Shown one piece after another: positions 9,723-19,637 of a stretch of 64,000 nucleotides of DNA. The DNA comes from a phage. The notes under the pieces were generated by a model. It was not told the origin of the DNA, did not search any database, and saw only the letters and a list, made by a program, of their open reading frames with translations. Location: the sequence record OZ335960.1. One strand, given 5' to 3'. The position numbers and the translations under genes are program-made. The number at the start of each line of letters is the position of its first letter. Position 1 is the first letter of the stretch.

Positions 9723-11540
9723 CTACTGGCTCATCCATTCTTTACGAAGGTCAGCATTATCTCCCATGAGCATTTCAAAAAGCTCTTTCCAGTTCTCAGG
9801 AAGTTTAACAACATCATATACCGGGTTTTGAATCATCTCACGATATTCAGATTTTTCCAAAGAGCCAAGTCCCTTAATATAACGGATGCTATGTTTAGGT
9901 AGAGCATCTTTGGCACTCTCATATTCAGCGACTGTATAAAACCATTCTTGTTTTTTACCGACCTGGGCGATGATTACAGGAGTTTTGACGAAACGAATTC
10001 TTCCTTGTTCAAACAGTTCTGGCCAATTACTAAAAAATCCGAGCAGAGAAGGATAAATGCTTCCTAGACCATCGTGGTCAGCATCGGTCATAATAGCAAT
10101 ATTATGATAATTCAAGTTTTCAGCTTTTTCACCAAGAACTAATCCAGTGATTGCGCAAATATCAAATAGTTCTTTGTTTTTAAGCATATCAGCATATGAC
10201 ATACCCCAGCTATTAAGAACTTTACCACGCAATGGATAACCACCATGAAGTTCTTTATCACGAACATCAATAAGATATCCGATAGCAGAATCACCCTCAG
10301 TCAAGAAAAGAGTAGTATCAGCATCTTTACCGCAAAGATTCGCTTTAATGTGTTTATGAACCTTAGCTTTAGAAGCCTTTTTAGCTGCTTTAGTTTCTGC
10401 TGCCTTTTCTGCCGCCAATTTACGAGCCAAGGCAGCTTCAATAATTGGCATTAAAATTGCTTCATTATTTAAAATAGCACGTGAAATCTTTTTAGCATCA
10501 AGCTGAATATGACTACGAATTTCACCAAATGGAGAAGTCAAACGCTCTTTAGTCTGAGAATCAAATCGCATGTTTTTCATATCACGAACAAACATAACGA
10601 TAGTCAAACATTCTTTAACCCGTGCTTTAGTTACATCAATTTTAAACTTGCGTTTGATTTGTGGAATAAGGTCTTCACAAATATCATCCATAACGCAGTC
10701 AATGTGATGGCCACCATTCTTAGTATGAATGTTATTGACGTATGTTAATTGACGAAAACCATCCGGTGAACGACCGACTGCAATAGAACAGTTTTCCTGT
10801 TCTTGAACGATAGCATGCTCATCATATTGGCGTGCATATTTCTTAAAATTACCCTGAACCTTTTTACCATTAAAGGTAAATTGAATATCAGGATAAACTA
10901 CTGCAAGTGTCTGGAGACGATCCAGTGTAATGTCAAGATAAACTTGAGATAGCTCATTAGTTTCAAATGACATAAAATCAGGAATGAAAGTAACACGAGT
11001 TCCTTTCCATTTTCCAGGAATAGTTTCCCATGATTTATTTTCCATGCCATTTGAACAACGAACTACAATATTATTTTGACCGTCGCCAGTTTCACCGACA
11101 AACATCACAGAAAAAATGTTAGTTAAACTAGAACCAACACCGTTCATACCGCCAGTGACGCGTTCTTTATCATCACCAAAGTTACCACCTGCTTTTGGAA
11201 TAGTCCATGCAGCAACAGGACCAGGAATTTCTTCACCAGTAGGTGTTTTAACCATCGCTTGCGGAATACCACGACCGTTATCTTCAACTGTTACTTGATT
11301 GTTTTTGATAGTAACATTAATTTTATTCGCGAATTTAAACTTAGTACGAATACCTTCATCTACTGAGTTATCGATAATTTCATCAATAAGCTTAACAAGA
11401 CCAGGTACATACTGAACACTTTCCCATTTACCAAACAGAAAGCGCTCATGCATTTCATTAGCAGAAGAACCAATGTACATGCCGCTACGCTTTTTGATAT
11501 GTTCAATATCGCTCAGAATTTTAATTTCATTCTTAATCAT
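9723..11540 (-). CDS. 39: DNA topoisomerase II large subunit, fused 39/60 form (605 aa)
   Basis: GyrB-like ATPase N-terminus; C-terminus ...NIAIMTDADHDGLGSIYPSL contiguous, no split or bypass; ATG at 11540. Confidence 0.9.
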   Translation of the reverse strand: MIKNEIKILSDIEHIKKRSGMYIGSSANEMHERFLFGKWESVQYVPGLVKLIDEIIDNSVDEGIRTKFKFANKINVTIKNNQVTVEDNGRGIPQAMVKTPTGEEIPGPVAAWTIPKAGGNFGDDKERVTGGMNGVGSSLTNIFSVMFVGETGDGQNNIVVRCSNGMENKSWETIPGKWKGTRVTFIPDFMSFETNELSQVYLDITLDRLQTLAVVYPDIQFTFNGKKVQGNFKKYARQYDEHAIVQEQENCSIAVGRSPDGFRQLTYVNNIHTKNGGHHIDCVMDDICEDLIPQIKRKFKIDVTKARVKECLTIVMFVRDMKNMRFDSQTKERLTSPFGEIRSHIQLDAKKISRAILNNEAILMPIIEAALARKLAAEKAAETKAAKKASKAKVHKHIKANLCGKDADTTLFLTEGDSAIGYLIDVRDKELHGGYPLRGKVLNSWGMSYADMLKNKELFDICAITGLVLGEKAENLNYHNIAIMTDADHDGLGSIYPSLLGFFSNWPELFEQGRIRFVKTPVIIAQVGKKQEWFYTVAEYESAKDALPKHSIRYIKGLGSLEKSEYREMIQNPVYDVVKLPENWKELFEMLMGDNADLRKEWMSQ

Positions 11541-11565
11541 CACTTATCCTCGTTTGGTTTCGGGA

Positions 11566-11593
11566 ATATTATACTCCGGTAATCATAAAGCTA
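11566..11593 (-). promoter_or_regulatory. middle-type promoter (MotA-box-like GCTTTA, 12 nt, TATAAT) upstream of gene 39
   Basis: Minus strand tAGCTTTAtgattaccggagTATAAT. Confidence 0.45.
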
Positions 11594-11611
11594 AAGGCCC
11601 GAAGGCCTTTT
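11594..11611 (-). terminator. UUCG-loop hairpin
   Basis: GGCCUUCGGGCC on minus strand after upstream ORF stop. Confidence 0.45.
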
Positions 11612-11882
11612 ATTTAAAACGGATAGTCGAATCCTTGAAGAATAGACCAGAACATACGGTTCCTTCTACTTTCTGCCCGGTAGGTCCAATAGCACGAAAT
11701 CCAGTATGTTGGAAATCATTTTCAGAGCAACCGAACCAATTGTATCCAGTGATTTCAATATTAGTAAAACCGCTTGAAGACAAAACTTTGGTTGCATTAT
11801 CAGCATCAGTACATCCTGCTAAAGACACTGCTAATACTAATGCCGCGATAGAACGATTAACATATTTCATAATTTCACTCAA
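11610..11882 (-). CDS. predicted lipoprotein, 90 aa
   Basis: Signal peptide plus lipobox LAGC. Confidence 0.55.
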   Translation of the reverse strand: MSEIMKYVNRSIAALVLAVSLAGCTDADNATKVLSSSGFTNIEITGYNWFGCSENDFQHTGFRAIGPTGQKVEGTVCSGLFFKDSTIRFK

Positions 11883-12246
11883 ATTTAATGGCTTGAAGGA
11901 GACTAATAATTCTTAAACGGCTTCTTTCATCTTTAACCGTAAAAGAAAGAGGGTCGCCAGATTTCATAGTGATAGTGCATTCAAAACTAAAATCTTCAGG
12001 AACTTCTTCGAAGAAGTCAAATTCTTCATCATATATTAGAACATTACTCTGAAAACTGTGAAGAATTTTTCCGTCATTTCCAGATGCTGTACTAATCATT
12101 GTAACATTATTACCTTTCATATCTTCAACGATAAATTCGCTTGTAGATATTACGGCATTAATAGAACCATTCCTATAAATAGAAGAAAGCAGATATTTCT
12201 TTTCTTCACCTTCACGAATGCGATATTTCTTACCGATTTTAAACAT
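11875..12246 (-). CDS. hypothetical protein, 123 aa
   Basis: Six-frame ORF; ATG at 12246 (track start is GTG). Confidence 0.5.
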   Translation of the reverse strand: MFKIGKKYRIREGEEKKYLLSSIYRNGSINAVISTSEFIVEDMKGNNVTMISTASGNDGKILHSFQSNVLIYDEEFDFFEEVPEDFSFECTITMKSGDPLSFTVKDERSRLRIISLLQAIKFE

Positions 12247-12248
12247 AA

Positions 12249-12425
12249 TCACCCTTTAAGTAAGTCATAAAATCCGCCATTCACATGCTTAGGAGCAGAA
12301 GGCCGACGAGTAGACAGACGATGGCATTTAGGGCAAACATCATTTTCTCGTTCAGAAATCTTTTTAATTTTTTCGTATTCATGCCCGCAATCTTCGGATT
12401 GGCATTTATAATCATACATTGGCAT
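12249..12425 (-). CDS. FmdB-like zinc-ribbon protein, 58 aa
   Basis: Hand translation MPMYDYKCQSEDCGHEYEKI...CPKCH; two CxxC pairs. Confidence 0.5.
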   Translation of the reverse strand: MPMYDYKCQSEDCGHEYEKIKKISERENDVCPKCHRLSTRRPSAPKHVNGGFYDLLKG

Positions 12426-12427
12426 AA

Positions 12428-12847
12428 TTATTCCTTAAAGTGTGCTTTCAACATCTGATACAAGGACCATGCCTGTTCATTATTTTCAATAGTAACTTTC
12501 ATGACAGGAAATTCTGTGAAATCTTCTATTTGTTCTTGCTCTTCCTGCTCTTGCTCTTCAGATGCCTGATATGGATTTTCAACTTCATCAAAGAACTCAG
12601 CTTCGTTAGTAGAGAGCCAGATAAAGTTTTCGTCAAGGATATCACCATGTGTTGCATATCCAACTGTGCCAGTAGATGTCACAATTTTAGTAGGACGACC
12701 AAGATGGTCAACATCTAAAATTTTAAAAGGATGCATACCTAAACGGCGTGCATAGATTCCGTTATCAGTATGGTCTTTAATAAAATTTTCTTGAGCTTGT
12801 TTATTTTTAAATTGATACCATTTATTAACTTCAAATCTAATAGCCAT
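12428..12847 (-). CDS. hypothetical protein, 139 aa (goF position)
   Basis: Six-frame ORF; acidic E/Q-rich linker; identity to goF not verified. Confidence 0.5.
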   Translation of the reverse strand: MAIRFEVNKWYQFKNKQAQENFIKDHTDNGIYARRLGMHPFKILDVDHLGRPTKIVTSTGTVGYATHGDILDENFIWLSTNEAEFFDEVENPYQASEEQEQEEQEQIEDFTEFPVMKVTIENNEQAWSLYQMLKAHFKE

Positions 12848-13062
12848 TAATAAATTTCCTTCCAGTAAGTTGTGCCATCTTCAGTAATTTCACGGAATAC
12901 ACCGTAAATTGGTTGTTTATCGCCGGCTTTCTCATACACATAAACCGAAGTCAAGTGAGTAAACTTAACAGTATGTTCCTTTTGAACTACTACCAAATCT
13001 GGATCGAATAATACATCTTCAAATTCGTCATTAGTGCAGTTCTGAACAATTTTACGTTTCAT
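12847..13062 (-). CDS. hypothetical protein, 71 aa (cef position)
   Basis: Length equals T4 Cef (71 aa) and position fits; sequence identity not verified. Confidence 0.45.
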   Translation of the reverse strand: MKRKIVQNCTNDEFEDVLFDPDLVVVQKEHTVKFTHLTSVYVYEKAGDKQPIYGVFREITEDGTTYWKEIY

Positions 13063-13075
13063 TACAATTTCCTCA

Positions 13076-13357
13076 TTAATTGAACAGTGGAGCGATGCGT
13101 TTCAGAAGAGTGGCAGCACCTTTGGCGAATTTTACATCATGAAAAACAGTTTCTTCTTCCGTTACAACACGAACTTTAATGTTTTCACAATCCCAATTTT
13201 TACGAACAATCTTCAAAAGCTGCAGTAAATCTTTACATTCAGCAATATCGATAACACATCCACGAGAATCTTCCATTATCGCACGATAACCGTAAGCCAT
13301 ACCATAATCGTTGAAAGATTGTTCGATGATAATTAAGTTTTCCATTTTATTCTCCAA
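13076..13357 (-). CDS. hypothetical protein, 93 aa
   Basis: Six-frame ORF downstream of degenerate early promoter repeat. Confidence 0.5.
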   Translation of the reverse strand: MENKMENLIIIEQSFNDYGMAYGYRAIMEDSRGCVIDIAECKDLLQLLKIVRKNWDCENIKVRVVTEEETVFHDVKFAKGAATLLKRIAPLFN

Positions 13358-13442
13358 ATTGTTTTCTGTATCAGTAGTTGATATTGATATAGTACCATAA
13401 TCAACTACTGATGTATATAGTTTTATGAAAAAATTTTAAACT

Positions 13443-13940
13443 TTATGCACAGCGGGCTTTGCTATAGTGTTTAATCCAACTTTCTGGAATGACTTTGTAT
13501 GTTCCTAAAAATACCGCGTTGTACAACTTAACGCCATCTTCTACCCACTGATCGGTAATGTATGCACACATAGCGCGAGTACGGTGTTTTTGAACAACCC
13601 CTTCCTCATCTTCAGTAAATTCGAATTCATAAGGAGCAACGAACTTAATAGCTTGACCGAGTTTCCACTTAAAGTCTACGCCTACATGCGAAGTATCAAT
13701 CGTTTCAATTCCTTTAGCAGGAACAGCTTTCAAAAACGCAGACTCAATAAATTTCGCACGAACATAGCCAAACTGAGGTTTAGATTTTCCATCTTTAGGA
13801 ATGATACGCACTTTTACTTCAGAATCTTCATCTTTAACACCGTGTTTAAGCTGAATGCTTACAATTTCAACCAATTTTCCTGCTGCTTTAGAACGGGATT
13901 TATCAGATACACGAGCAATTTCACCAATATTAATAATCAT
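13443..13940 (-). CDS. hypothetical protein, 165 aa (motB position)
   Basis: Six-frame ORF; C-terminal motif C.YITDQWVEDGV shared with next ORF. Confidence 0.5.
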   Translation of the reverse strand: MIINIGEIARVSDKSRSKAAGKLVEIVSIQLKHGVKDEDSEVKVRIIPKDGKSKPQFGYVRAKFIESAFLKAVPAKGIETIDTSHVGVDFKWKLGQAIKFVAPYEFEFTEDEEGVVQKHRTRAMCAYITDQWVEDGVKLYNAVFLGTYKVIPESWIKHYSKARCA

Positions 13941-13964
13941 AGTTATCTCTCACTTGTTAAAAAG

Positions 13965-14012
13965 ATTTTATACTCCACGGGACCATTATACTCTGGTCCC
14001 AAGAGTTTGTAA
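13965..14012 (-). promoter_or_regulatory. early promoter
   Basis: Minus strand GTTTACAaactcttgggaccagagTATAAT. Confidence 0.5.
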
Positions 14013-14016
14013 ACTA

Positions 14017-14559
14017 TTAATTCAAAATAGCTACCACTGCACTACGAGGTACTACGCTAAAATCGCCTGCATGAACCACGTTCAGAAGTTCAACACCATC
14101 TTCAATCCACTGGTCTGTTACCCAACCACAGACCGAAACAAATGGAGTCTTAATAGCTACTGCACGAGTCAAAAGGTCAGTAGGATCGCATTCTTGGAAG
14201 AGGATAAGCTCTGCTTCAAAGACTATAGTTTTAATTACTTCATCATTATCTAAGCGTTGTGCTCGAATCACATAAGCTTTATTCTTATCATACCAATTAC
14301 TTTTTGAAAAACTTTTAACCACAAACTCGCCTTCACCAAAAACACTAGTCAATGCTTTATAACCCAAACTTAGTTCAGTAGTTTTAATTTCGGTTTCAAC
14401 CAGTTTGTAGGTTTTGCCAATTTCGATGGTCCGAGCAGTCATAAAGGTTTCCTTAATTTCCAGTGGTTTAACAGGGCATACATAAGTGCTTAAAACATCA
14501 AAATCAATCAATTTAGCTACCGGATTTGGTGTGTATTCAGGATTATAATTAAATTTCAT
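14017..14559 (-). CDS. hypothetical protein, 180 aa, paralog of 13443..13940 in C-terminal domain
   Basis: C.WVTDQWIEDGVELLNVV vs C.YITDQWVEDGVKLYNAV. Confidence 0.5.
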   Translation of the reverse strand: MKFNYNPEYTPNPVAKLIDFDVLSTYVCPVKPLEIKETFMTARTIEIGKTYKLVETEIKTTELSLGYKALTSVFGEGEFVVKSFSKSNWYDKNKAYVIRAQRLDNDEVIKTIVFEAELILFQECDPTDLLTRAVAIKTPFVSVCGWVTDQWIEDGVELLNVVHAGDFSVVPRSAVVAILN

Positions 14560-15062
14560 AATTGTCTCATTTCAATAAAATCTACAAGTTCAGCATGGGA
14601 TTTACGGAACATTACTTGGTGTCCGCCAATGATAACTTCATCTTCAGGAACTTCGTATATAGCGAGATAAAATCCTTTAGAAGATAATTCTTCACGCTCT
14701 TCTCGTGTGAACCATCTCATCATATCATATTCGCTAGCGAAAGCAAAATGATAAAGAGCTATAAACCATCCTGGAATATGATATTCTACTCCAACATAAT
14801 CTTTCTTGAACTTAGTATTAATTACTATATTAGCGTTTTTAACTAATAGTTTATCTTCATGTGGTACAGGAATTCTTTTATTATCATCACTATGATGCAT
14901 AAAATTAGGTCTGCTATAACCTACCCGTAATAGCCACTCTTCGCTCCATGAATCTATTATACTCCTGTATGGCGTTATTTGAACACAAAGATTTCGACGT
15001 ATTGTTATAGCATCTTCATAATCAAGAATACTAAACGATGATTCAACACGATAAATTTTCAT
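14556..15062 (-). CDS. hypothetical protein, 168 aa
   Basis: ATG at 15062 with SD GAGGA; track 5' extension overlaps the promoter. Confidence 0.5.
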   Translation of the reverse strand: MKIYRVESSFSILDYEDAITIRRNLCVQITPYRSIIDSWSEEWLLRVGYSRPNFMHHSDDNKRIPVPHEDKLLVKNANIVINTKFKKDYVGVEYHIPGWFIALYHFAFASEYDMMRWFTREEREELSSKGFYLAIYEVPEDEVIIGGHQVMFRKSHAELVDFIEMRQL

Positions 15063-15087
15063 TTTATTATCCTCAGTAGCTATGGTG

Positions 15088-15121
15088 TTATAATACCACA
15101 ACTAACCGAGGAAGTAAACAA
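15088..15121 (-). promoter_or_regulatory. early promoter (-35 GTTTAC, -10 TATTAT)
   Basis: Minus strand GTTTACttcctcggttagttgtggTATTAT. Confidence 0.5.
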
Positions 15122-15125
15122 CTTT

Positions 15126-15809
15126 TTATCGTTTTGTTGGAAGGGAAAGAGGATCGCACTCTTCCTCTGACGGAGCATCTTCAAGACCCATAGCATATCG
15201 CAAAGCATACTTCATCATCAGGATGTCTTTCGCACAGTCATGAATAGAATCATGTGCAACGAATCCGTCTAAAGTTCCCTTTGGAAGAGGACATGTGGTC
15301 ATATCACGAACAAGCAGAAGTGCTTCAATTCTTGTACGGATATCACGCTGATTCCAGAATTTACAAGGTTCTAACTTAAACGTATCAAGCTCATTCTCGG
15401 AAACGCCGTTAAGACGTTGAATATCACGAATGAGATCAACTAAAATTGGAAAATCAAACGACATTCCACGACACCAGCCTTGAGATTTCCAAGGATCGAT
15501 ATTATGCGCATTGATGTAATCATTAAATTTTGCAATACCATCGATAGTGCTTACATCTTCATCTGATGGCGCAATATTTTTTCGAGCTTCAGGAGATTGA
15601 TTTTTCCACCATTCGATAGTGCTTTTAGTAAAAAGACGATGTCCTTTTTGGCTTTTTAAATCAAACTTGATTTTAATGCCGCGTGAAACTAATTCATCAA
15701 ATGTTTCAACTACTTCTGGATTAGGGTCAAAGGCAATAACAGCCAAATCAATAACAGCTGCCTTTTCACCGCTTCCCATTGTTTCAAAATCTATAATAAA
15801 ATCAAACAT
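15126..15809 (-). CDS. dexA: exonuclease A DexA
   Basis: 227 aa as T4 DexA; DEDD-type exonuclease N-terminal motif DFETMG. Confidence 0.8.
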   Translation of the reverse strand: MFDFIIDFETMGSGEKAAVIDLAVIAFDPNPEVVETFDELVSRGIKIKFDLKSQKGHRLFTKSTIEWWKNQSPEARKNIAPSDEDVSTIDGIAKFNDYINAHNIDPWKSQGWCRGMSFDFPILVDLIRDIQRLNGVSENELDTFKLEPCKFWNQRDIRTRIEALLLVRDMTTCPLPKGTLDGFVAHDSIHDCAKDILMMKYALRYAMGLEDAPSEEECDPLSLPTKR

Positions 15810-16084
15810 TAAATTTTCCTCGCTAAATCGCGAATTTGACCTACAGTATAATCTTGGATATAAACTTTATTAATGGGCTCATCAATAAATTTTGCCATAG
15901 ATTCAATATCTTTTTGTATCTCTTCAAGACTGTATACTATCTTTAAAGCTTTTTCGCGAATAGTAACATTATCAGGTCCTGGATTTTCTTGAATGACAGC
16001 TTTAACATTTGCCATAAGAGATTTAAACTGATGCAAACTTAATTCAATCATTAATAACCGCCTTATAAAGATGGCTAATTTCAC
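15809..16084 (-). CDS. hypothetical protein, 91 aa
   Basis: Six-frame ORF, translationally coupled. Confidence 0.45.
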   Translation of the reverse strand: MKLAIFIRRLLMIELSLHQFKSLMANVKAVIQENPGPDNVTIREKALKIVYSLEEIQKDIESMAKFIDEPINKVYIQDYTVGQIRDLARKI

Positions 16085-16304
16085 CTAAAACATAATCACT
16101 GATTGTGACAGTTTTCACTTCACCACAAAAGAATTCTAACGCAATCAAATCTCGTTCAATTTCTTCCAATTGAAGCATTAACTTGCCTGATTCAATTTTC
16201 ACGTTTTTGCGATTTTTACTATAAGCTATTTCATAAATTTCGCTCACTTTATCTTGAAGTAGATAAAACTGATCTTTAGTTATTTCCACGAATAGCTTCC
16301 TCAA
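16044..16304 (-). CDS. hypothetical protein, 86 aa
   Basis: Six-frame ORF. Confidence 0.4.
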   Translation of the reverse strand: MRKLFVEITKDQFYLLQDKVSEIYEIAYSKNRKNVKIESGKLMLQLEEIERDLIALEFFCGEVKTVTISDYVLGEISHLYKAVIND

Positions 16305-16536
16305 ATTTAATTAGTAATTTACAGACACTTTCATCTAGCGTAATTACCGTGTCTGTATTACTGTGATATGATTGTTTTTCAATTCGTTTAATTGCTAGTA
16401 TAGTATCACTTATAAGATTAAGCTTATAAAGGAGCTCAGCTCCTGTTACCATAACACTGAGGTTATCTTGCTTATCAGTATGCTTCTTTATACCATCTAT
16501 TAGACGATTTAAATATTTTGAATTGATGTTAATCAT
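16276..16536 (-). CDS. hypothetical protein, 86 aa
   Basis: Six-frame ORF. Confidence 0.4.
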   Translation of the reverse strand: MININSKYLNRLIDGIKKHTDKQDNLSVMVTGAELLYKLNLISDTILAIKRIEKQSYHSNTDTVITLDESVCKLLIKFEEAIRGNN

Positions 16537-16542
16537 ATATCC

Positions 16543-17862
16543 TCACACATAAAACACATCATAACGACCACGAGTGACACCAACATAAAGAAGCTGCTGA
16601 GCCAATTCAGCGTCTGCATAATGAATACAAGGCGTATAGATGAAAGCACGGTCTACAGACATGCCCTGAGCTTTATGGAATGTTGATGCAGGAAGTGCTT
16701 TCACTTTACTAAACTGTGATTTAGCATCCCAAAAATCACTCCACGGAGCTTTTCCACCTTTATTCCAATTTTTATACGTTTCTGCCGTTTTACCTAAAAA
16801 TAAGTTAAACTTATACAGCTCTTCATCAGATGAAATTATTTTAATCTTTTCACGATAATATTCATCATCGCCGTAAGTTTCTACTGTTAAATCCCAATGA
16901 CGAATTAGATATTCTCCAGAAACACCACGAGCTTTAACAAATGTTGATGTATACTCTGCTTCTATAATACGAACTAATTGTCCGTTATTAAAAATAATTT
17001 CTGACACAGGCTTTCCATCAATTTTATATGTTTTAATTAATGGTTCCTGCATTACAATAATTTCACCAACGATAAAATCTTTATCAGTTTCAAAAATCTT
17101 TTTGCGAATAATGCTATTTAACTTGTCGACAGATTTATTCGTAAATGCCATTACGCGATTTTCAAACAAATCATCTAGCGATTTTACGATTGAAAAATAA
17201 TTTACCATAAAATCGCGTAAAGCGGTATCACCAGTAAATCCACGTACTCCATGCCCGTCAACAACTTTATCATAAATCCACTTACCGTTGCGAACATCAG
17301 TAGCTACATCAATAATAGGAGCATTACTGCGTTTAACTTCAGTGAGTTCACACTGATAAAAATCTTTATGCGTAAAGAATGGACTGATATAAGCAGTGTT
17401 TTCTCCTGGGTCAACAGGTCTAATTTGCTTATTATCGCCTATTCCAATTATAGTACACCACGGCGGGATAGTTGAAAGCAGAATTTTAAATAGCTTTCTA
17501 TCATACATTGACACTTCGTCGCAGATTAATACTCTACATTTAGCTAAATCTGGTACTTCTTTTTGTTCAAAAAGAACGTTTTCTTCATATGTTACTGGGT
17601 TAATTTTAAGAATACTGTGAATAGTACTCGCTTCTTTCCCTGATAGTTTTGAAAGAATCTTTTTAGCCGCATGTGTAGGAGCTGCTAAAATAATGCCAGT
17701 TTCGCCTGTAGATATTAAGGCTTCAATGATGAACTTAGTAAGAGTAGTCTTACCAGTACCAGCAGGTCCATTAATAGTTACATGATGTTTCTTTTCTTTA
17801 ATAGCCCTCATAACTATGTTAAAGGCATTTTTCTGACCTTCTGTCAAATCATCAAATGTCAT
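16543..17862 (-). CDS. dda: Dda DNA helicase
   Basis: 439 aa as T4 Dda; Walker A GPAGTGKT, SF1 helicase motifs. Confidence 0.9.
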   Translation of the reverse strand: MTFDDLTEGQKNAFNIVMRAIKEKKHHVTINGPAGTGKTTLTKFIIEALISTGETGIILAAPTHAAKKILSKLSGKEASTIHSILKINPVTYEENVLFEQKEVPDLAKCRVLICDEVSMYDRKLFKILLSTIPPWCTIIGIGDNKQIRPVDPGENTAYISPFFTHKDFYQCELTEVKRSNAPIIDVATDVRNGKWIYDKVVDGHGVRGFTGDTALRDFMVNYFSIVKSLDDLFENRVMAFTNKSVDKLNSIIRKKIFETDKDFIVGEIIVMQEPLIKTYKIDGKPVSEIIFNNGQLVRIIEAEYTSTFVKARGVSGEYLIRHWDLTVETYGDDEYYREKIKIISSDEELYKFNLFLGKTAETYKNWNKGGKAPWSDFWDAKSQFSKVKALPASTFHKAQGMSVDRAFIYTPCIHYADAELAQQLLYVGVTRGRYDVFYV

Positions 17863-18170
17863 CGTAAATTCCCTGCAATTGGTATACTAACAATACGCCC
17901 AGTATCTAAAATTCGCCGATATAATCTTTGCGTGTCTACATCAGGCTTAACATGTTTAACTTCTATTTTATTAAACCAAAACTTGCGTGGAGTCTCAACT
18001 AATCTCGGAATTCCCATACCTAAAGCTAGTCGATACTGCTCTTTAAGAGTGGTAAATACTTTATCAGCAATCTCCCTTTCAAAAAATACAGCAGGGCGAT
18101 GTTCATCAAGCGGAACTGGCACCGCAAATCCATCTTTATCTCTATACACTATCGCATATACATAAAACAT
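17859..18170 (-). CDS. hypothetical protein, 103 aa (dda.1 position)
   Basis: Six-frame ORF. Confidence 0.5.
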   Translation of the reverse strand: MFYVYAIVYRDKDGFAVPVPLDEHRPAVFFEREIADKVFTTLKEQYRLALGMGIPRLVETPRKFWFNKIEVKHVKPDVDTQRLYRRILDTGRIVSIPIAGNLR

Positions 18171-18171
18171 A

Positions 18172-18918
18172 TTATCCTCGGATAAGTTTAAAAATTGAAC
18201 AATTTAGCGGGTATCCTCTTTTCAGTTTAAGTTTATCAATAAAAGACAAGTTTTGATACCGCTCTACACCTTGAATAATTTTATCACACATGTCATATTG
18301 CATTTCTGCTTCTGACAACTTTTTCACAGTTTTCCAATCAGAGCCTTTAAGAAGAACGTTCAATTTAACAACTTCAGTGCCTTCTGCTATACGAGAACCA
18401 TCAATACGAGCTTTGAGTGCTACAATCGTTAGCTTAACGTCAGAGGTCTGTTTTGATTTAGAAAGCTGAGAAATGTGTTCAATTCGGTTTTCACGTTTTT
18501 TCTGTATAGCTTTAATTTGATTATAAGTCTTTTTGATTTTAGCCCATTTCTTTTCATCTAAATTTAGTTTATGAACTTTTTTCGCAGATGAACGACCAAT
18601 TCGCAAAGCAAATAAATCACGCTTTTCAATCAACTCTTCTAAAGTATAATCAGAACGAAATGTATTGTACTTTTTCTTTACTGCAATAACATTCCCTTTA
18701 ATGTATCCAACGTTATTATCAAAACGTTCTAATGATAATTTCTCTCCTTCAATACGATTATCAAAAGGTTCTCCCGAGTAAGCGCAAACTTTCTGATCTA
18801 AAATGTTCTTAATGTAATTGAAGTCTAAGTTAAAATCTTTAGAACGTCTTTTAGCAGATGCCTGAGTGTGCTCTAGACGACGTGTAATTTTACGAATTTG
18901 ATTTTTAGACAGTTTCAT
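18172..18918 (-). CDS. srd: Srd-like protein
   Basis: 248 aa basic protein at srd position between dda and modA. Confidence 0.55.
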   Translation of the reverse strand: MKLSKNQIRKITRRLEHTQASAKRRSKDFNLDFNYIKNILDQKVCAYSGEPFDNRIEGEKLSLERFDNNVGYIKGNVIAVKKKYNTFRSDYTLEELIEKRDLFALRIGRSSAKKVHKLNLDEKKWAKIKKTYNQIKAIQKKRENRIEHISQLSKSKQTSDVKLTIVALKARIDGSRIAEGTEVVKLNVLLKGSDWKTVKKLSEAEMQYDMCDKIIQGVERYQNLSFIDKLKLKRGYPLNCSIFKLIRG

Positions 18919-18944
18919 ATTTTTCTCACGGACGGGTTAACTAC

Positions 18945-18980
18945 TTATACTATAACATTTTTACTTCAGCTTGTAAACAA
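18945..18980 (-). promoter_or_regulatory. early promoter upstream of srd
   Basis: Minus strand GTTTACAagctgaagtaaaaatgttATAGTAT. Confidence 0.45.
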
Positions 18981-19034
18981 CTTTATGAAAAATGCTTTAA
19001 AACTTTCATGGTATAATGAATCTAAGTCCTTCCA

Positions 19035-19637
19035 TTATAGATTAAATCCTTCAAAGTCAAGAGTATAGATAGTGTATGTTGAATACTTTTTATACTCATA
19101 TCTATCCGCAATTCTAAATACACTTCCAGCCGGTATCATTACTTCTTGTTCATCTGAAACTAATTCCATATTACGATAGCGATGGCTATCTGGAAACTTA
19201 AAACTCGGACTATATTCTTTACAACGTAGAGCTTTTATAGCATACTCCTGGAAATTAAACACCATAGGAGCTTTGAATTCAAAAATAACTTGTGTGTTGT
19301 ATTCTAATCCAGAAGCAAAATGTAGAGCTATATTTTTATCATATGAAGCTGATACTACTTTATCAAATGTAATAATATCAATTCCTTGATTTAACACCTG
19401 TTTAGTCTCAACTGGAACACCTCTCCAAAGAGGTTTATCGTTTGGAACCAAACGAGATTTGATTATTTCATTTAACCAAGAATGATCGTCTGGCTTATTA
19501 GTAATACAATGAATTAAAAGTTCAATTTCGGATAAATTAAATCCTTCAGAAAGTAATTCTTCACGAATAGAAGCACGCACCGATGCATCCATTGATTTGA
19601 TTTTAAAATCTTTTAATTGCATTGCTGAATATTTCAT
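19035..19637 (-). CDS. modA: ADP-ribosyltransferase ModA
   Basis: 200 aa as T4 ModA; tandem with paralog ModB. Confidence 0.75.
   Translation of the reverse strand: MKYSAMQLKDFKIKSMDASVRASIREELLSEGFNLSEIELLIHCITNKPDDHSWLNEIIKSRLVPNDKPLWRGVPVETKQVLNQGIDIITFDKVVSASYDKNIALHFASGLEYNTQVIFEFKAPMVFNFQEYAIKALRCKEYSPSFKFPDSHRYRNMELVSDEQEVMIPAGSVFRIADRYEYKKYSTYTIYTLDFEGFNL

Noticed and set aside
9723-11540. Gene 60 translational bypass element
   Set aside because: Looked for a split gene with a 50-nt untranslated gap; the topoisomerase ORF is continuous
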